A stretch of DNA of 64,000 nucleotides from a virus (Duplodnaviria; Caudoviricetes). Both the position numbers and the translations under genes were made by a program. Under the pieces are notes generated by a model. It was given only the letters and a program-made list of their open reading frames with translations, was not told the DNA's origin and ran no database searches. Shown here piece by piece: positions 38,880-48,208 of the stretch. How positions within the stretch are numbered: position 1 is the first letter of the stretch; the number at the start of each line of letters is the position of its first letter. The DNA lies in the IMG/VR virus record IMGVR_UViG_3300031760_000005, positions 64,001-128,000 of that record, one strand, 5' to 3'.

Positions 38880-39323
38880 ATGGCAACAAAAATAACTCAA
38901 AATTTTTCATTAGAAGAATTATATGCTAGTTCAACTGCTAAAGCAAAAAAAATCGATAATACTCCTACTCCAGAAGTAAAAGCTAATTTAATTAAACTTT
39001 GTAAGGAAGTGTTACAACCAATACGTAATAAATATGGTAGAGCTATTACTATAACATCAGGTTATCGTTCACCAAAATTAAATGCTGCTGTTGGTGGTGT
39101 AAAAAATTCTCAACACGTACTTGGACAAGCAGCAGATATTAAATGTACATCTACATCAAAAGCTGTATTATTTAATGTTATTAAATCTATGATAGAAAAA
39201 GGAGAATTAAAAGTTGGACAACTTATATGGGAATATGGAACAAAACAAGAACCTAATTGGATCCATGTTTCTTTACCATATAGTAAAACTAATCAAATAT
39301 TATATCTATATTCAAAAAAATAA
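38880..39323 (+). CDS. peptidase M15 family endolysin
   Basis: NFSLEEL, ITSGYRS..LN.AVGG...SQH..GQAADI, WIHVS zinc-binding motifs. Confidence 0.92.
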   Translation: MATKITQNFSLEELYASSTAKAKKIDNTPTPEVKANLIKLCKEVLQPIRNKYGRAITITSGYRSPKLNAAVGGVKNSQHVLGQAADIKCTSTSKAVLFNVIKSMIEKGELKVGQLIWEYGTKQEPNWIHVSLPYSKTNQILYLYSKK

Positions 39324-39332
39324 TACAATTAT

Positions 39333-40730
39333 ATGAAAAACTTAGGTCAATTTATTAATGAAAATGATTTAAAAAAAGTTGAAGGTAATGCACCTAAACC
39401 AGATCCAAAGAGTAAAAATAGAATTAAATGGGCACTTGATGAACCAACTAATGATGACGCATCAGATGATATTGATATCCATTCTAAAGAAAATACAAAA
39501 TCTGTAAAACAATTAATTGATAAATTTAGAACAGAAGAACCTTTCTTTATACAAGGTGAAGCTGGTTGGGGTAAAACATCTATCGTAAAAAAACTTGCTA
39601 AAAAATTTGGTAAAAAAGTTATTACAGTATATCTTGATAAAGCTGAGGCAACAGACCTTGGTGGTATACCTGTTCCTGTTGAAGGTAATAAATCAAAAGC
39701 TAAAGTAAAAAATGCTGTAGGTGAATTAGAAGAAAGAGAATTTGCTGCCCAAATTAAGGCTATGCCATCTTGGGCAAAAATAATGTATGATAATCCAGAT
39801 ACAGACTTCTTATTATTCTTTGATGAAATGAACCAAGCTATGCCTGATGTAATGAATGCTCTTATGCCTATTGTTTTGGAAAACGAAATTTGTGAAATTA
39901 AGTTCGACAACTTTTTTGTTGGTGCAGCAGGTAACTATGAACATGAAAACAGAGGAGCTATTTCTGAATTATCTGGACCACTTAAATCTCGTTTCAAACC
40001 AATCATTGAATGGACATCAGGTGAAGAAGCTTGGCCACAAGCATTTAAACATTTACACGCAAAATGGGATAAATATTTGTCAAAAGAATTTATTAACTTA
40101 TTTGAAAAAAATGGCGCTGAAATATTTGAAAACCCACGTGAACTTGAGCATAAAGTATTTCAATATATTTATCGTATAAAAATGACTAATGATGATGGAT
40201 ATGAAGACGATAATGATGCAGAAAAATATTTATGGCGTCTTGAAGATTTAGCTAAAGAAAATTTATCAAGAACAGCAAAAGCTAAATTAAGCGAATTAGC
40301 TGATGCTATGTTTGCATTTGTTGCTGGTACAGATTATAATGGAAAAACATCTAAACCAAAACGTGAATCAAATAAAGATATTAATATGATTCCTGAACAA
40401 GTAAGAGTTACTGTAGAACAAGCAATGAAAACTGGTTATCAAAGTATAAAAGTTGGTGATAAAGAATATAAATTTGGTATTTCTAAAGAAAATATTGGAG
40501 AAATAGTTAATGAGAAAGAGTGTAATGCAGAAATGTTACAAAAACTTATTAAGAATTTAGAATTAGGAGGTAAGAAATTTAAATATGAAAAATCTCCTGA
40601 TTGGAAAAAACTTGGTTTAGAAGATCCATTAGATGATAAATGGAATTTTAAAATTGGCTCAGATACAAAATTAGGTAATAATTCAGAACCTAAAAAGAAA
40701 AAAACTATGAAAGATTACGCAAATTCATAA
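39333..40730 (+). CDS. MoxR-like AAA+ ATPase with capsid-targeting-like N-terminus
   Basis: Walker A GEAGWGKT, DLGGIP, Walker B LLFFDEMN, AAGN, PLKSRF; starts MKNLGQFINE|N. Confidence 0.9.
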   Translation: MKNLGQFINENDLKKVEGNAPKPDPKSKNRIKWALDEPTNDDASDDIDIHSKENTKSVKQLIDKFRTEEPFFIQGEAGWGKTSIVKKLAKKFGKKVITVYLDKAEATDLGGIPVPVEGNKSKAKVKNAVGELEEREFAAQIKAMPSWAKIMYDNPDTDFLLFFDEMNQAMPDVMNALMPIVLENEICEIKFDNFFVGAAGNYEHENRGAISELSGPLKSRFKPIIEWTSGEEAWPQAFKHLHAKWDKYLSKEFINLFEKNGAEIFENPRELEHKVFQYIYRIKMTNDDGYEDDNDAEKYLWRLEDLAKENLSRTAKAKLSELADAMFAFVAGTDYNGKTSKPKRESNKDINMIPEQVRVTVEQAMKTGYQSIKVGDKEYKFGISKENIGEIVNEKECNAEMLQKLIKNLELGGKKFKYEKSPDWKKLGLEDPLDDKWNFKIGSDTKLGNNSEPKKKKTMKDYANS

Positions 40731-40751
40731 AAAATATTTAAGGATTAATAT

Positions 40752-41030
40752 ATGGAAGTTTTAGATAATGTTATCTATTTTGATAACGATGATGAATTTT
40801 ACGATTATTGCGTAGAACCTAAATTAATAACGATTCCATTTGTTGATAAAAATGGTGATACTAGATATTATACAGATTTTAATTTTACTAATGTATATAA
40901 TAATGATGTTAAAGATGGAAAAATTTTTATTATAAAAGATGAAAATTCGCAAATTTATAAACATAAAGCAGTATCATATCGTACTATAACAAAAGAAATT
41001 TCTAATTTAGAACCTTGGTATAAAAATTAA
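40752..41030 (+). CDS. hypothetical protein within AAA-VWA operon
   Basis: 92 aa ORF between the AAA and VWA genes. Confidence 0.7.
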   Translation: MEVLDNVIYFDNDDEFYDYCVEPKLITIPFVDKNGDTRYYTDFNFTNVYNNDVKDGKIFIIKDENSQIYKHKAVSYRTITKEISNLEPWYKN

Positions 41031-41041
41031 TAAGTAAATTT

Positions 41042-42694
41042 ATGGAAATTAAAAGTTCATTACTAAATTCAGATACATTTTCAGAAGTTAAAAAAAGTTT
41101 AATAGAAGTTTCAGAAATTGATAATAGACAGGATTTTAGAGTTGACGTAATAGAATTTATTGACTTCAATTCAGATAATAATGATGACCAATTCTTCTGG
41201 GACATGCTAGAATTTGTAAGATTTCTTAATCCTGCTGATAATAGTGTTGCATACACTACTCCAAATCATTTAATTTATTTAAATGCACCAAGTCATAATT
41301 ATGATACAGAAAACGATTGGGAATTTATATATGATCATGAATGTTTACATCAATTATGGGACACATTTGCTGTAGGTGAGGAAATAAAAACAAATGGAAT
41401 TAAATATGACCATCAAGTATTAAATATCGCATCTGACTGTGTTATTAATGATTATCTCTCATATATTCGTAAAAAGAAAGAACCAGAAGGATTAATAAAT
41501 AGAGAATATTTACAAAATGAATATGGAGTTACATATGATCGTAAAGTAGATACTCAATATAGCTTATATCTTAAATTACTGGAACATGCTGAAGAACTAA
41601 AAAAAGATAAACGTTGTCAAAATGATATTGATCAAAATAATAAAAAGAATGATCAACAAGAAAAAAATAACGGAAATAGTAATAGTAATAATTCAAAAAA
41701 CTCAAATTCAAAAAATAGTAATTCAGATAAAGAAAATAACGGAGGGAAAGAATCAGAAGATAAAAATAATGAAAAAGGTGGTAAAAATACCGATAGTAAG
41801 ACAAATGATAAAGCTGATAAAGAAAAAATAGACAATAATGATAAAGAAAAGGGAGGTAAAGGTAAACAAGCAGGCGAAGGGGCATCTAGTGATACATCTC
41901 AAACATCTTTAGACTTAGATGAAATTCGTAAAAATGCTGAAGCTATTATTAAGAAATATCAAAATAAAATTGGTGGTGATTTTGGTAAGTTTATTGAAAA
42001 ATGTAAATCAGCAAAAACACTTAGAGAATCAGGATTAGTAGTAAAAGTTAATAAAGCTACATCTGCATGGAATAGTTCTCTTCAATCTTATTGTAGTGCA
42101 TTTATAAAAAGTAAAGTATTTGCGTTACATCGTCAATATAAACGTACATATACTCGTGTAAAACGTGGTCATGGTATTGTTAAATTTGGAGAACCTATTA
42201 TTCCAGGCAAGAAGATTTTAGATAATAAATTGTTAATCAAAACTGCATTTTATGTTGATAGATCTGCAAGTATGTCAGGTGTAATTGATGAAGTATTTGA
42301 AGCGGCGTATATTATTGCAGAAGGATTGAAAAAACAATTTAGTAAAGATAAAGTTGTAGAAGATCTTGTATTTAAAATGCTTGCATTTGATGATGATATT
42401 CGTGAAGTTAAATGGGGAAATAAAATGAATGTAGGAGGCGGTACATGTCCATTTGACGCAATTTTGAATTACATTAGAAAGAATACAAATGAATATATGA
42501 TTAATATTATTATTACCGACGCAGAATTTGACATAAACGAAAATAAAATTACTAAATTCTTGCAAGATATTGATGGTTGTGTAATATTCGTTACAAATAG
42601 TACTTCTTCAGATGTTAAAGAAATTGCTCAAAAGAAAGAAAATAAACTTAAATTATTTTATATACAAGCAGATAATAATTTTACAACGGATTAA
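41042..42694 (+). CDS. DUF2201-like HEXXH metallopeptidase + VWA domain protein
   Basis: VAYT, HECLH, NIASDCVIN, low-complexity N/K/D linker, MIDAS VDRSASM, GGGT, IIITD. Confidence 0.88.
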   Translation: MEIKSSLLNSDTFSEVKKSLIEVSEIDNRQDFRVDVIEFIDFNSDNNDDQFFWDMLEFVRFLNPADNSVAYTTPNHLIYLNAPSHNYDTENDWEFIYDHECLHQLWDTFAVGEEIKTNGIKYDHQVLNIASDCVINDYLSYIRKKKEPEGLINREYLQNEYGVTYDRKVDTQYSLYLKLLEHAEELKKDKRCQNDIDQNNKKNDQQEKNNGNSNSNNSKNSNSKNSNSDKENNGGKESEDKNNEKGGKNTDSKTNDKADKEKIDNNDKEKGGKGKQAGEGASSDTSQTSLDLDEIRKNAEAIIKKYQNKIGGDFGKFIEKCKSAKTLRESGLVVKVNKATSAWNSSLQSYCSAFIKSKVFALHRQYKRTYTRVKRGHGIVKFGEPIIPGKKILDNKLLIKTAFYVDRSASMSGVIDEVFEAAYIIAEGLKKQFSKDKVVEDLVFKMLAFDDDIREVKWGNKMNVGGGTCPFDAILNYIRKNTNEYMINIIITDAEFDINENKITKFLQDIDGCVIFVTNSTSSDVKEIAQKKENKLKLFYIQADNNFTTD

Positions 42695-42717
42695 TATTTA
42701 GTATTATAATATATATG

Positions 42718-42748
42718 AAACTGGTACATTTTTATGTACCAGTTTTTT
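42718..42748 (+). terminator. intrinsic terminator
   Basis: AAACTGGTACAT/ATGTACCAGTTT stem with T-run. Confidence 0.8.
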
Positions 42749-42761
42749 ATTTTTAATTAAA
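42747..42761 (+). promoter_or_regulatory. putative class-II promoter TTATTTTTAATTAAA
   Basis: Recurrent motif directly upstream of the DUF285 array. Confidence 0.55.
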
Positions 42762-42774
42762 AAATAATTTATTT

Positions 42775-43386
42775 ATGAAACAATTAAATAATTATATAAT
42801 AGAAAAATTACAAATTGGTTCTAATACTAAGCTGGGCGATAATTATTATCATCCTAAAACCACAGATGAATTAAAAGAGTTAATTAAAAAACTTATAAAA
42901 GAACGTGGTAATAATGCTGATTTGAATGATATAGATACTTCAAAAATAACTAATATGTCTTATTTATTTTATAAGTCAGATTTTAATGGGAATATATCTC
43001 GATGGGATGTTAGTAATGTTACTACTATGAATGAAATGTTTTATAATTCTAAATTTAATGGAAATATATCAGATTGGGATGTTAGTAAAGTTACTGATAT
43101 GGAATCTATGTTTTATAATTCAGAATTTAATCAAGATATATCAAATTGGGATGTTAGTAATGTTCAATATATGCATGCTATGTTTCAATCTTCTAAATTT
43201 AATGGTGATATATCTAAATGGGATGTAAGTAATGTTAAAGATATGACTTCTATGTTTAATGATTCAAAATTTAATCAAGATATATCAAACTGGAATGTTA
43301 ATAATGTTAAATATATGATTAACATATTTAAAAATTCTCCATTAGAAAAAAATACACCTAAATGGTATAATGAAAAGAATAAATAA
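42775..43386 (+). CDS. DUF285/BspA-like repeat protein A (5 modules)
   Basis: 24-aa repeats FNxxISxWDVSxVxxMxxMFxxSx; MKQLNNYIIE|K. Confidence 0.9.
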   Translation: MKQLNNYIIEKLQIGSNTKLGDNYYHPKTTDELKELIKKLIKERGNNADLNDIDTSKITNMSYLFYKSDFNGNISRWDVSNVTTMNEMFYNSKFNGNISDWDVSKVTDMESMFYNSEFNQDISNWDVSNVQYMHAMFQSSKFNGDISKWDVSNVKDMTSMFNDSKFNQDISNWNVNNVKYMINIFKNSPLEKNTPKWYNEKNK

Positions 43387-44200
43387 TTATATAATAGAAA
43401 AATTACAAATTGGTTCTAATACTAAGCTGGGCAATAACTATAATTATTGCCCTAAAACTAAAGATGAACTAAAAGAGTTAGTGCAAAAATTAATTAAAGA
43501 ACGTGGTAATGAAGCTGATTTAAATGATATTGACACATCAGAAATAACTGATATGTGTGGAATATTTATAAATTCTCAATTTAATGGTGACATATCAAAA
43601 TGGGATGTTAGTAATGTTACTACTATGAATGAAATGTTTTATAAGTCTGAATTTAACAGTGACATATCAAAGTGGGATGTCAGCAATGTTAAAAATATGA
43701 GTTGGATGTTTAAAAACTCTCAATTTAATGGCGATATAAAAAATTGGGATGTTAGTAATGTTACTACTATGAATGAAATGTTTTATAATTCTAAATTTAA
43801 TGGAAATATATCAGATTGGGATGTTAGTAATGTTATTGATATGTGTGGTATGTTTGCAAAATCTAATTTTAATGGTAATATTTCTAGTTGGGATGTTAGT
43901 AAAGTTACTGATATGCGTGGTATGTTTCATAAATCAAAATTTAATGGAAATATATCTAAATGGGATGTTAGTAAAGTTACTCATATGAAAACTATGTTTT
44001 GTGACTCTGAATTTAACGGCGATATATCAAAGTGGGACGTTAGTAATGTTACTGATATGTGGTTTATGTTTACGGGTTCTAAATTTAATAAAGATATATC
44101 AAACTGGGATGTAAGTAAAGTTACTGATATGGAGGGGATGTTTAATGTTTCTCCATTAGAAAAAAATCCGCCTAAATGGTATAATGAAAAGAATAAATAA
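43370..44200 (+). CDS. DUF285/BspA-like repeat protein B (8 modules)
   Basis: Same caps, 8 repeats; 17-nt overlap with upstream paralogue. Confidence 0.9.
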   Translation: MKRINNYIIEKLQIGSNTKLGNNYNYCPKTKDELKELVQKLIKERGNEADLNDIDTSEITDMCGIFINSQFNGDISKWDVSNVTTMNEMFYKSEFNSDISKWDVSNVKNMSWMFKNSQFNGDIKNWDVSNVTTMNEMFYNSKFNGNISDWDVSNVIDMCGMFAKSNFNGNISSWDVSKVTDMRGMFHKSKFNGNISKWDVSKVTHMKTMFCDSEFNGDISKWDVSNVTDMWFMFTGSKFNKDISNWDVSKVTDMEGMFNVSPLEKNPPKWYNEKNK

Positions 44201-44726
44201 TTATATAATAGAAAAATTACAAATTGGTTCTAATACTAAATTTGGTGATAATTATAATTATCACCCTAAAACTAGAGATGAATTATATGATTTAATTGAA
44301 AAACTCATAGAAGAACGTGGTAATGAAGCTGATTTGAATGATATAGATGTTAGTAAAATAACGGATATGAATGAATTATTTTATGATTCGGATTTTAATG
44401 GCGATATATCAAACTGGGATGTTAGTAATGTTACTGATATGGGTTGGATGTTCGCATATTCAAAATTTAATAGCGATATATCCCAATGGGATGTAAGTAA
44501 AGTTACTGATATGAGAGGTATGTTTTGTGATAGCAAATTTAATGGTGATATATTTAAATGGGATGTTAGTAATGTAACTAATATGGAGGATATGTTTTAT
44601 AATTCAGATTTTAATGGTGATATAAAAGATTGGGATGTTAATAATGTAAAAAATATGGAAGATATATTTTTAAATTCTCCTTTAGAAAAAAATCCACCTA
44701 AATGGTATAATGAAAAGAATAACTAA
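44184..44726 (+). CDS. DUF285/BspA-like repeat protein C (4 modules)
   Basis: Same caps, 4 repeats; 17-nt overlap. Confidence 0.9.
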   Translation: MKRINNYIIEKLQIGSNTKFGDNYNYHPKTRDELYDLIEKLIEERGNEADLNDIDVSKITDMNELFYDSDFNGDISNWDVSNVTDMGWMFAYSKFNSDISQWDVSKVTDMRGMFCDSKFNGDIFKWDVSNVTNMEDMFYNSDFNGDIKDWDVNNVKNMEDIFLNSPLEKNPPKWYNEKNN

Positions 44727-45240
44727 TTATATAACGGAGAAATTACAAATCGGTTCTAATACTAAGCTGGGCAATAACTATAATTATTGCCCTAAAACAC
44801 GAGATGAATTAAAAGAATTACTTAAACAACTTATAAAAAAACGTGGTAATGAAGCTGATTTGAATGATATAGATACATCTAAAATAACTGATATGTCAAG
44901 TTTGTTTCAACTTAGCGTATTTAATGGTGATATATCAGAATGGAATGTTAGTAATGTAACTAATATGAAATATATGTTTGCATATGCAAGATTTAACGGA
45001 GATATATCTAAATGGAATGTTTCTAAATTAAATAATATGTTTGAAATTTTTTATAATTCGGAATTTAATGGAGATATATCACAATGGGATGTTAGCAATG
45101 TTACTAATATGACTTACGCATTTTATGGGTCTAAATTTGATGGCGATATATCAGAATGGAATGTTAAAAATGTTAAAAATATGGAAGATATATTTTTAAA
45201 TTCTCCATTAGAAAAAAATCCACCTAAATGGTATAAATAA
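44710..45240 (+). CDS. DUF285/BspA-like repeat protein D (4 modules)
   Basis: Same caps, 4 repeats; 17-nt overlap. Confidence 0.9.
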   Translation: MKRITNYITEKLQIGSNTKLGNNYNYCPKTRDELKELLKQLIKKRGNEADLNDIDTSKITDMSSLFQLSVFNGDISEWNVSNVTNMKYMFAYARFNGDISKWNVSKLNNMFEIFYNSEFNGDISQWDVSNVTNMTYAFYGSKFDGDISEWNVKNVKNMEDIFLNSPLEKNPPKWYK

Positions 45241-45266
45241 AAAAGAGGAACAAAAGTTCCTCTTTT
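45241..45266. terminator. bidirectional intrinsic terminator
   Basis: AAAAGAGGAAC-AAAA-GTTCCTCTTTT between convergent genes. Confidence 0.8.
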
Positions 45267-45267
45267 C

Positions 45268-46383
45268 TTATGCTAATTCAAATACTGGGCGAGTATTACA
45301 TTTAATAATGTTACCTTTCTTATTATATATGAATGCATCTTTTCCTTCTTGAATTTCAAATTCAGAAATTTTTACTTTAACCTTATCTCCTGGTTTATAA
45401 TCAAGTAAATCAATTGCATCCACAGGCATAAGACCAGTAATATAAATATTATCTAATTCAATAAAAATACCTGTCTTCTTAGCGGAATTAATAATACCTG
45501 TAACTGTACCATTCATAGGTTCTGGATTATATGTTACATTATCATTCTTTGAAAGCATAAATTTAGCATATAAATCAGCCAAATTTTTAATACCTAAAAT
45601 TTGTAATACTCTCTTTCTTGAACCAACTAATGAATTTTCAACTTCACCAGTCTTATAATTTTTACGGAATTCTACAAACTTTTGTGGAATAATTGTAACA
45701 TCTTTTCCAATCCATTTTTCAAAATCATGTTCAATATTGAGAACAATATGTGAACCAGGAATGAATACTGAATGTGTATAATTTCTTCCAGTCAATTCAT
45801 TAAGAGGTTTAATGTCTGTATGACAAATATAACCACCTTGTACCAAATCATCAATATGAACGTCTATTCCATTTTCATGTTGAATATTACGATTCATTTG
45901 GTTAACCCAATTATTGTAATACGCAGTAATTATAGAAACAATATATTTATTATCTTTCTTCTCACGTACTTCAAAAAGTAATTTATTATTATGTGTTAAA
46001 AGATATTGTTGAATATTGTCAATACATGATGTTAAATTCTCTTTAGAAATTATTTCTTCCTTTACACCAGGTAAACTAAATGAAATATAAGTTTTTGTTA
46101 TTTCTTTTACTGTACCTGTATAGGTCGAACCAACATTAATGATATTAACTTGATTTATAGTCTTATCAGATTTAATCTCTGGTGAAAGTTCAAGACCATA
46201 ATAAATTCCAAATGATTTTGCTAAAGACATATTACCATATGCTTTTGTCATATAAGCAATACGCTCTCTATCATTTTTAAAATAAGGAAAATCGTTATCT
46301 TTGGTTACGTCTGCAAATGTTAGCAAACGTTGCTTTGTAATATTTTTATTGTTTTGCATTTGTATATTTGTTTTGTGTACCAT
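45268..46383 (-). CDS. ribosomal protein S1-like protein (about three S1/OB domains)
   Basis: VGSTYTGTVKEI; GGY...VFIPGSHI...VGSRK (S1 domain-2-like FxPxS...VxSRK); GTVTGI...GIFIEL...TGL...PGDKVKVKI; start may be 46359. Confidence 0.8.
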   Translation of the reverse strand: MVHKTNIQMQNNKNITKQRLLTFADVTKDNDFPYFKNDRERIAYMTKAYGNMSLAKSFGIYYGLELSPEIKSDKTINQVNIINVGSTYTGTVKEITKTYISFSLPGVKEEIISKENLTSCIDNIQQYLLTHNNKLLFEVREKKDNKYIVSIITAYYNNWVNQMNRNIQHENGIDVHIDDLVQGGYICHTDIKPLNELTGRNYTHSVFIPGSHIVLNIEHDFEKWIGKDVTIIPQKFVEFRKNYKTGEVENSLVGSRKRVLQILGIKNLADLYAKFMLSKNDNVTYNPEPMNGTVTGIINSAKKTGIFIELDNIYITGLMPVDAIDLLDYKPGDKVKVKISEFEIQEGKDAFIYNKKGNIIKCNTRPVFELA

Positions 46384-46424
46384 GCAAACGGTACTGGTTA
46401 ATAAAAAAGTTAATTATATAATTT

Positions 46425-46454
46425 AATATAGATCAAATCTATAGAAATATTCAA
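46425..46454 (-). promoter_or_regulatory. putative class-I promoter TTGAA-N18-CTATATT
   Basis: Recurrent motif upstream of the S1-like gene. Confidence 0.6.
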
Positions 46455-46477
46455 TATATTTTTCGAATTTAATATTT

Positions 46478-46795
46478 TTAATCAGCTTTAACAAGCATAT
46501 CTGATTGATCTGGTTTTTTAGGATTACCAAATTTATCAAGTGCTTTAATACACATTCCTGAATCATCCCAGTCATACTCAAATAGTTTAGTGTCCATTTT
46601 AACTTGACCATGAATAATATTGGGAACTTCTTTATAATCCACACTTGTAATAATTGCTTGACGACCATCTTTTGTCATTACTGGTTTTTCATCTTGAATC
46701 CATTGGTCATCAATAGGTTCGCCTTTTTGTTCGAAAACTTTATTAGATCTAACTCTAAATAATTCTTCTTTAAGTATATCTTCAATATTTCTCAT
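46478..46795 (-). CDS. putative internal virion protein
   Basis: MRNIEDILKE|E; PVMTKDGRQAII small phage domain; class-II motif at 46811-46824. Confidence 0.65.
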   Translation of the reverse strand: MRNIEDILKEELFRVRSNKVFEQKGEPIDDQWIQDEKPVMTKDGRQAIITSVDYKEVPNIIHGQVKMDTKLFEYDWDDSGMCIKALDKFGNPKKPDQSDMLVKAD

Positions 46796-46831
46796 AATAC
46801 TAAATAAATATTTATTAAAAATAATTCAATA

Positions 46832-47470
46832 TTATTTTGTCATATTATTTATTTCTTTTAAATAGTCGTGATATCCATATTTAAATGCGCTATCTTTATA
46901 TAAACCTTCATTCATACACCATCTATCTAATTCAAACCAGTCAATAATTTGACATTTTTCTCCAAATTTATTAACTATTGGAAGTTTTTTAATTCCAATA
47001 GCATGATCATCAATAATATAATCAGCATATATTTTGCGAGAATGATCATCTATAATTTTATCCCATAAAGGATTTTCATTTACTGAATAAAATTTAATAC
47101 CATTATCTTCACATAATTTTATTACAGGATCTATTAAATCTATTTCTGAATAATCTAATGTATGAAAATTAATTTTTTTAAGATAATTTATAGAAATAGG
47201 ATTACCATTTAAATATCTTGTACCATTATATGTTGGATCAGTATAAATATCAAATAAGCTTTTACAACATACTGGATATTTATAATTACGTTGTGTAAAT
47301 AAAATAAGTTTATGTCCAGCATTTTGTAAAGCATTTAATACTTCAAATGCTCCAGGAATAATTGGACCAATATAAGGCCATTCATCTAAACATATTGTAT
47401 TATCAAAATCAATACAAATTACTTTAGAATCTCCTATTTTATCATAATATTCATCTGCTCTATATTTCAT
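46832..47470 (-). CDS. HAD-superfamily hydrolase (BT0820-like)
   Basis: ICIDFDNTIC, GHKLILFTQR, VNENP, SRKIYADYIIDD. Confidence 0.85.
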   Translation of the reverse strand: MKYRADEYYDKIGDSKVICIDFDNTICLDEWPYIGPIIPGAFEVLNALQNAGHKLILFTQRNYKYPVCCKSLFDIYTDPTYNGTRYLNGNPISINYLKKINFHTLDYSEIDLIDPVIKLCEDNGIKFYSVNENPLWDKIIDDHSRKIYADYIIDDHAIGIKKLPIVNKFGEKCQIIDWFELDRWCMNEGLYKDSAFKYGYHDYLKEINNMTK

Positions 47471-47488
47471 AATTATTATAAATAAAAT

Positions 47489-47815
47489 TTAACATTTAAT
47501 TATTTTATCTTTTATATCTTCATACATTACATAGTTTACTTGTGCAGCAGAAATCGGTACTGATATCCACCAATTTTTTCCATATAACTCTTTATGTATT
47601 TTATCAATTAAATCATTTTCTTCTTTTGTATAATCTTTTATCCATGGGCCACAAAGATCATTACCTTGTGTTTTTTCGAACCATTCATTATATCCGGCTT
47701 TAGCCTTTTCTTCAATCCTCTTCCATAACTCTATTTCATTTCCTTTAAGAGTATATGTTACATTAAAAAGATCTATTCCAAAAAATTTAGCTATCTTTTT
47801 TAAAAATTTTATCAT
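47489..47815 (-). CDS. hypothetical protein
   Basis: 108 aa; ATGA overlap. Confidence 0.7.
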   Translation of the reverse strand: MIKFLKKIAKFFGIDLFNVTYTLKGNEIELWKRIEEKAKAGYNEWFEKTQGNDLCGPWIKDYTKEENDLIDKIHKELYGKNWWISVPISAAQVNYVMYEDIKDKIIKC

Positions 47816-48006
47816 ATTTCTTTATTTAACCAATTATTAAATTTTTTATTGCAAATTTTAAATAATGTTAAAATACCAAACAACGATATCATAACAATAT
47901 TAAATATGAAAATACTAATATCGGTAAAAAATGAAACGATTATACCTAAATATAACCAAATAGTTACAATTATTATAAATATTACATCTTTATTTGTTTT
48001 AATCAT
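47812..48006 (-). CDS. small two-TM membrane protein
   Basis: Two hydrophobic helices. Confidence 0.65.
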   Translation of the reverse strand: MIKTNKDVIFIIIVTIWLYLGIIVSFFTDISIFIFNIVMISLFGILTLFKICNKKFNNWLNKEI

Positions 48007-48208
48007 TTTTCTCTAATATAAATGTCCAATCACTACCATTTTTTGATTTAGCCATTTTCCAATCTTTAATAGTCCATCCTTCATTTAAGAATTTTTCTAA
48101 TATTGGGCTTTCATAATAAGCATAATCTGACCATCTATTTGTTTTTTTGGGATCTAAATAATGTGTTTCCCAACCTAAATTACCATCAATATCTATTACT
48201 TTTATCAT
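47999..48208 (-). CDS. small hypothetical protein
   Basis: 69 aa; L..GW.I motif; overlaps neighbours. Confidence 0.7.
   Translation of the reverse strand: MIKVIDIDGNLGWETHYLDPKKTNRWSDYAYYESPILEKFLNEGWTIKDWKMAKSKNGSDWTFILEKND

Noticed and set aside
41620-41900. Low-complexity N/K/D/G tract as a separate repeat element
   Set aside because: It is the usual disordered linker between the peptidase and VWA domains of DUF2201-like proteins.
42990-44660. CRISPR-like periodicity (conserved TGGGATGTTAGTAA every 72 nt with variable intervals)
   Set aside because: The period is exactly 24 codons in open frames, repeats vary at synonymous sites, intervals are homologous to each other, and no cas genes are present.
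42775-45240. Diversity-generating retroelement as the source of repeat variation
   Set aside because: No reverse transcriptase in the window and no non-coding template repeat. Differences between modules are not visibly restricted to adenines. An RT elsewhere in the genome cannot be excluded.
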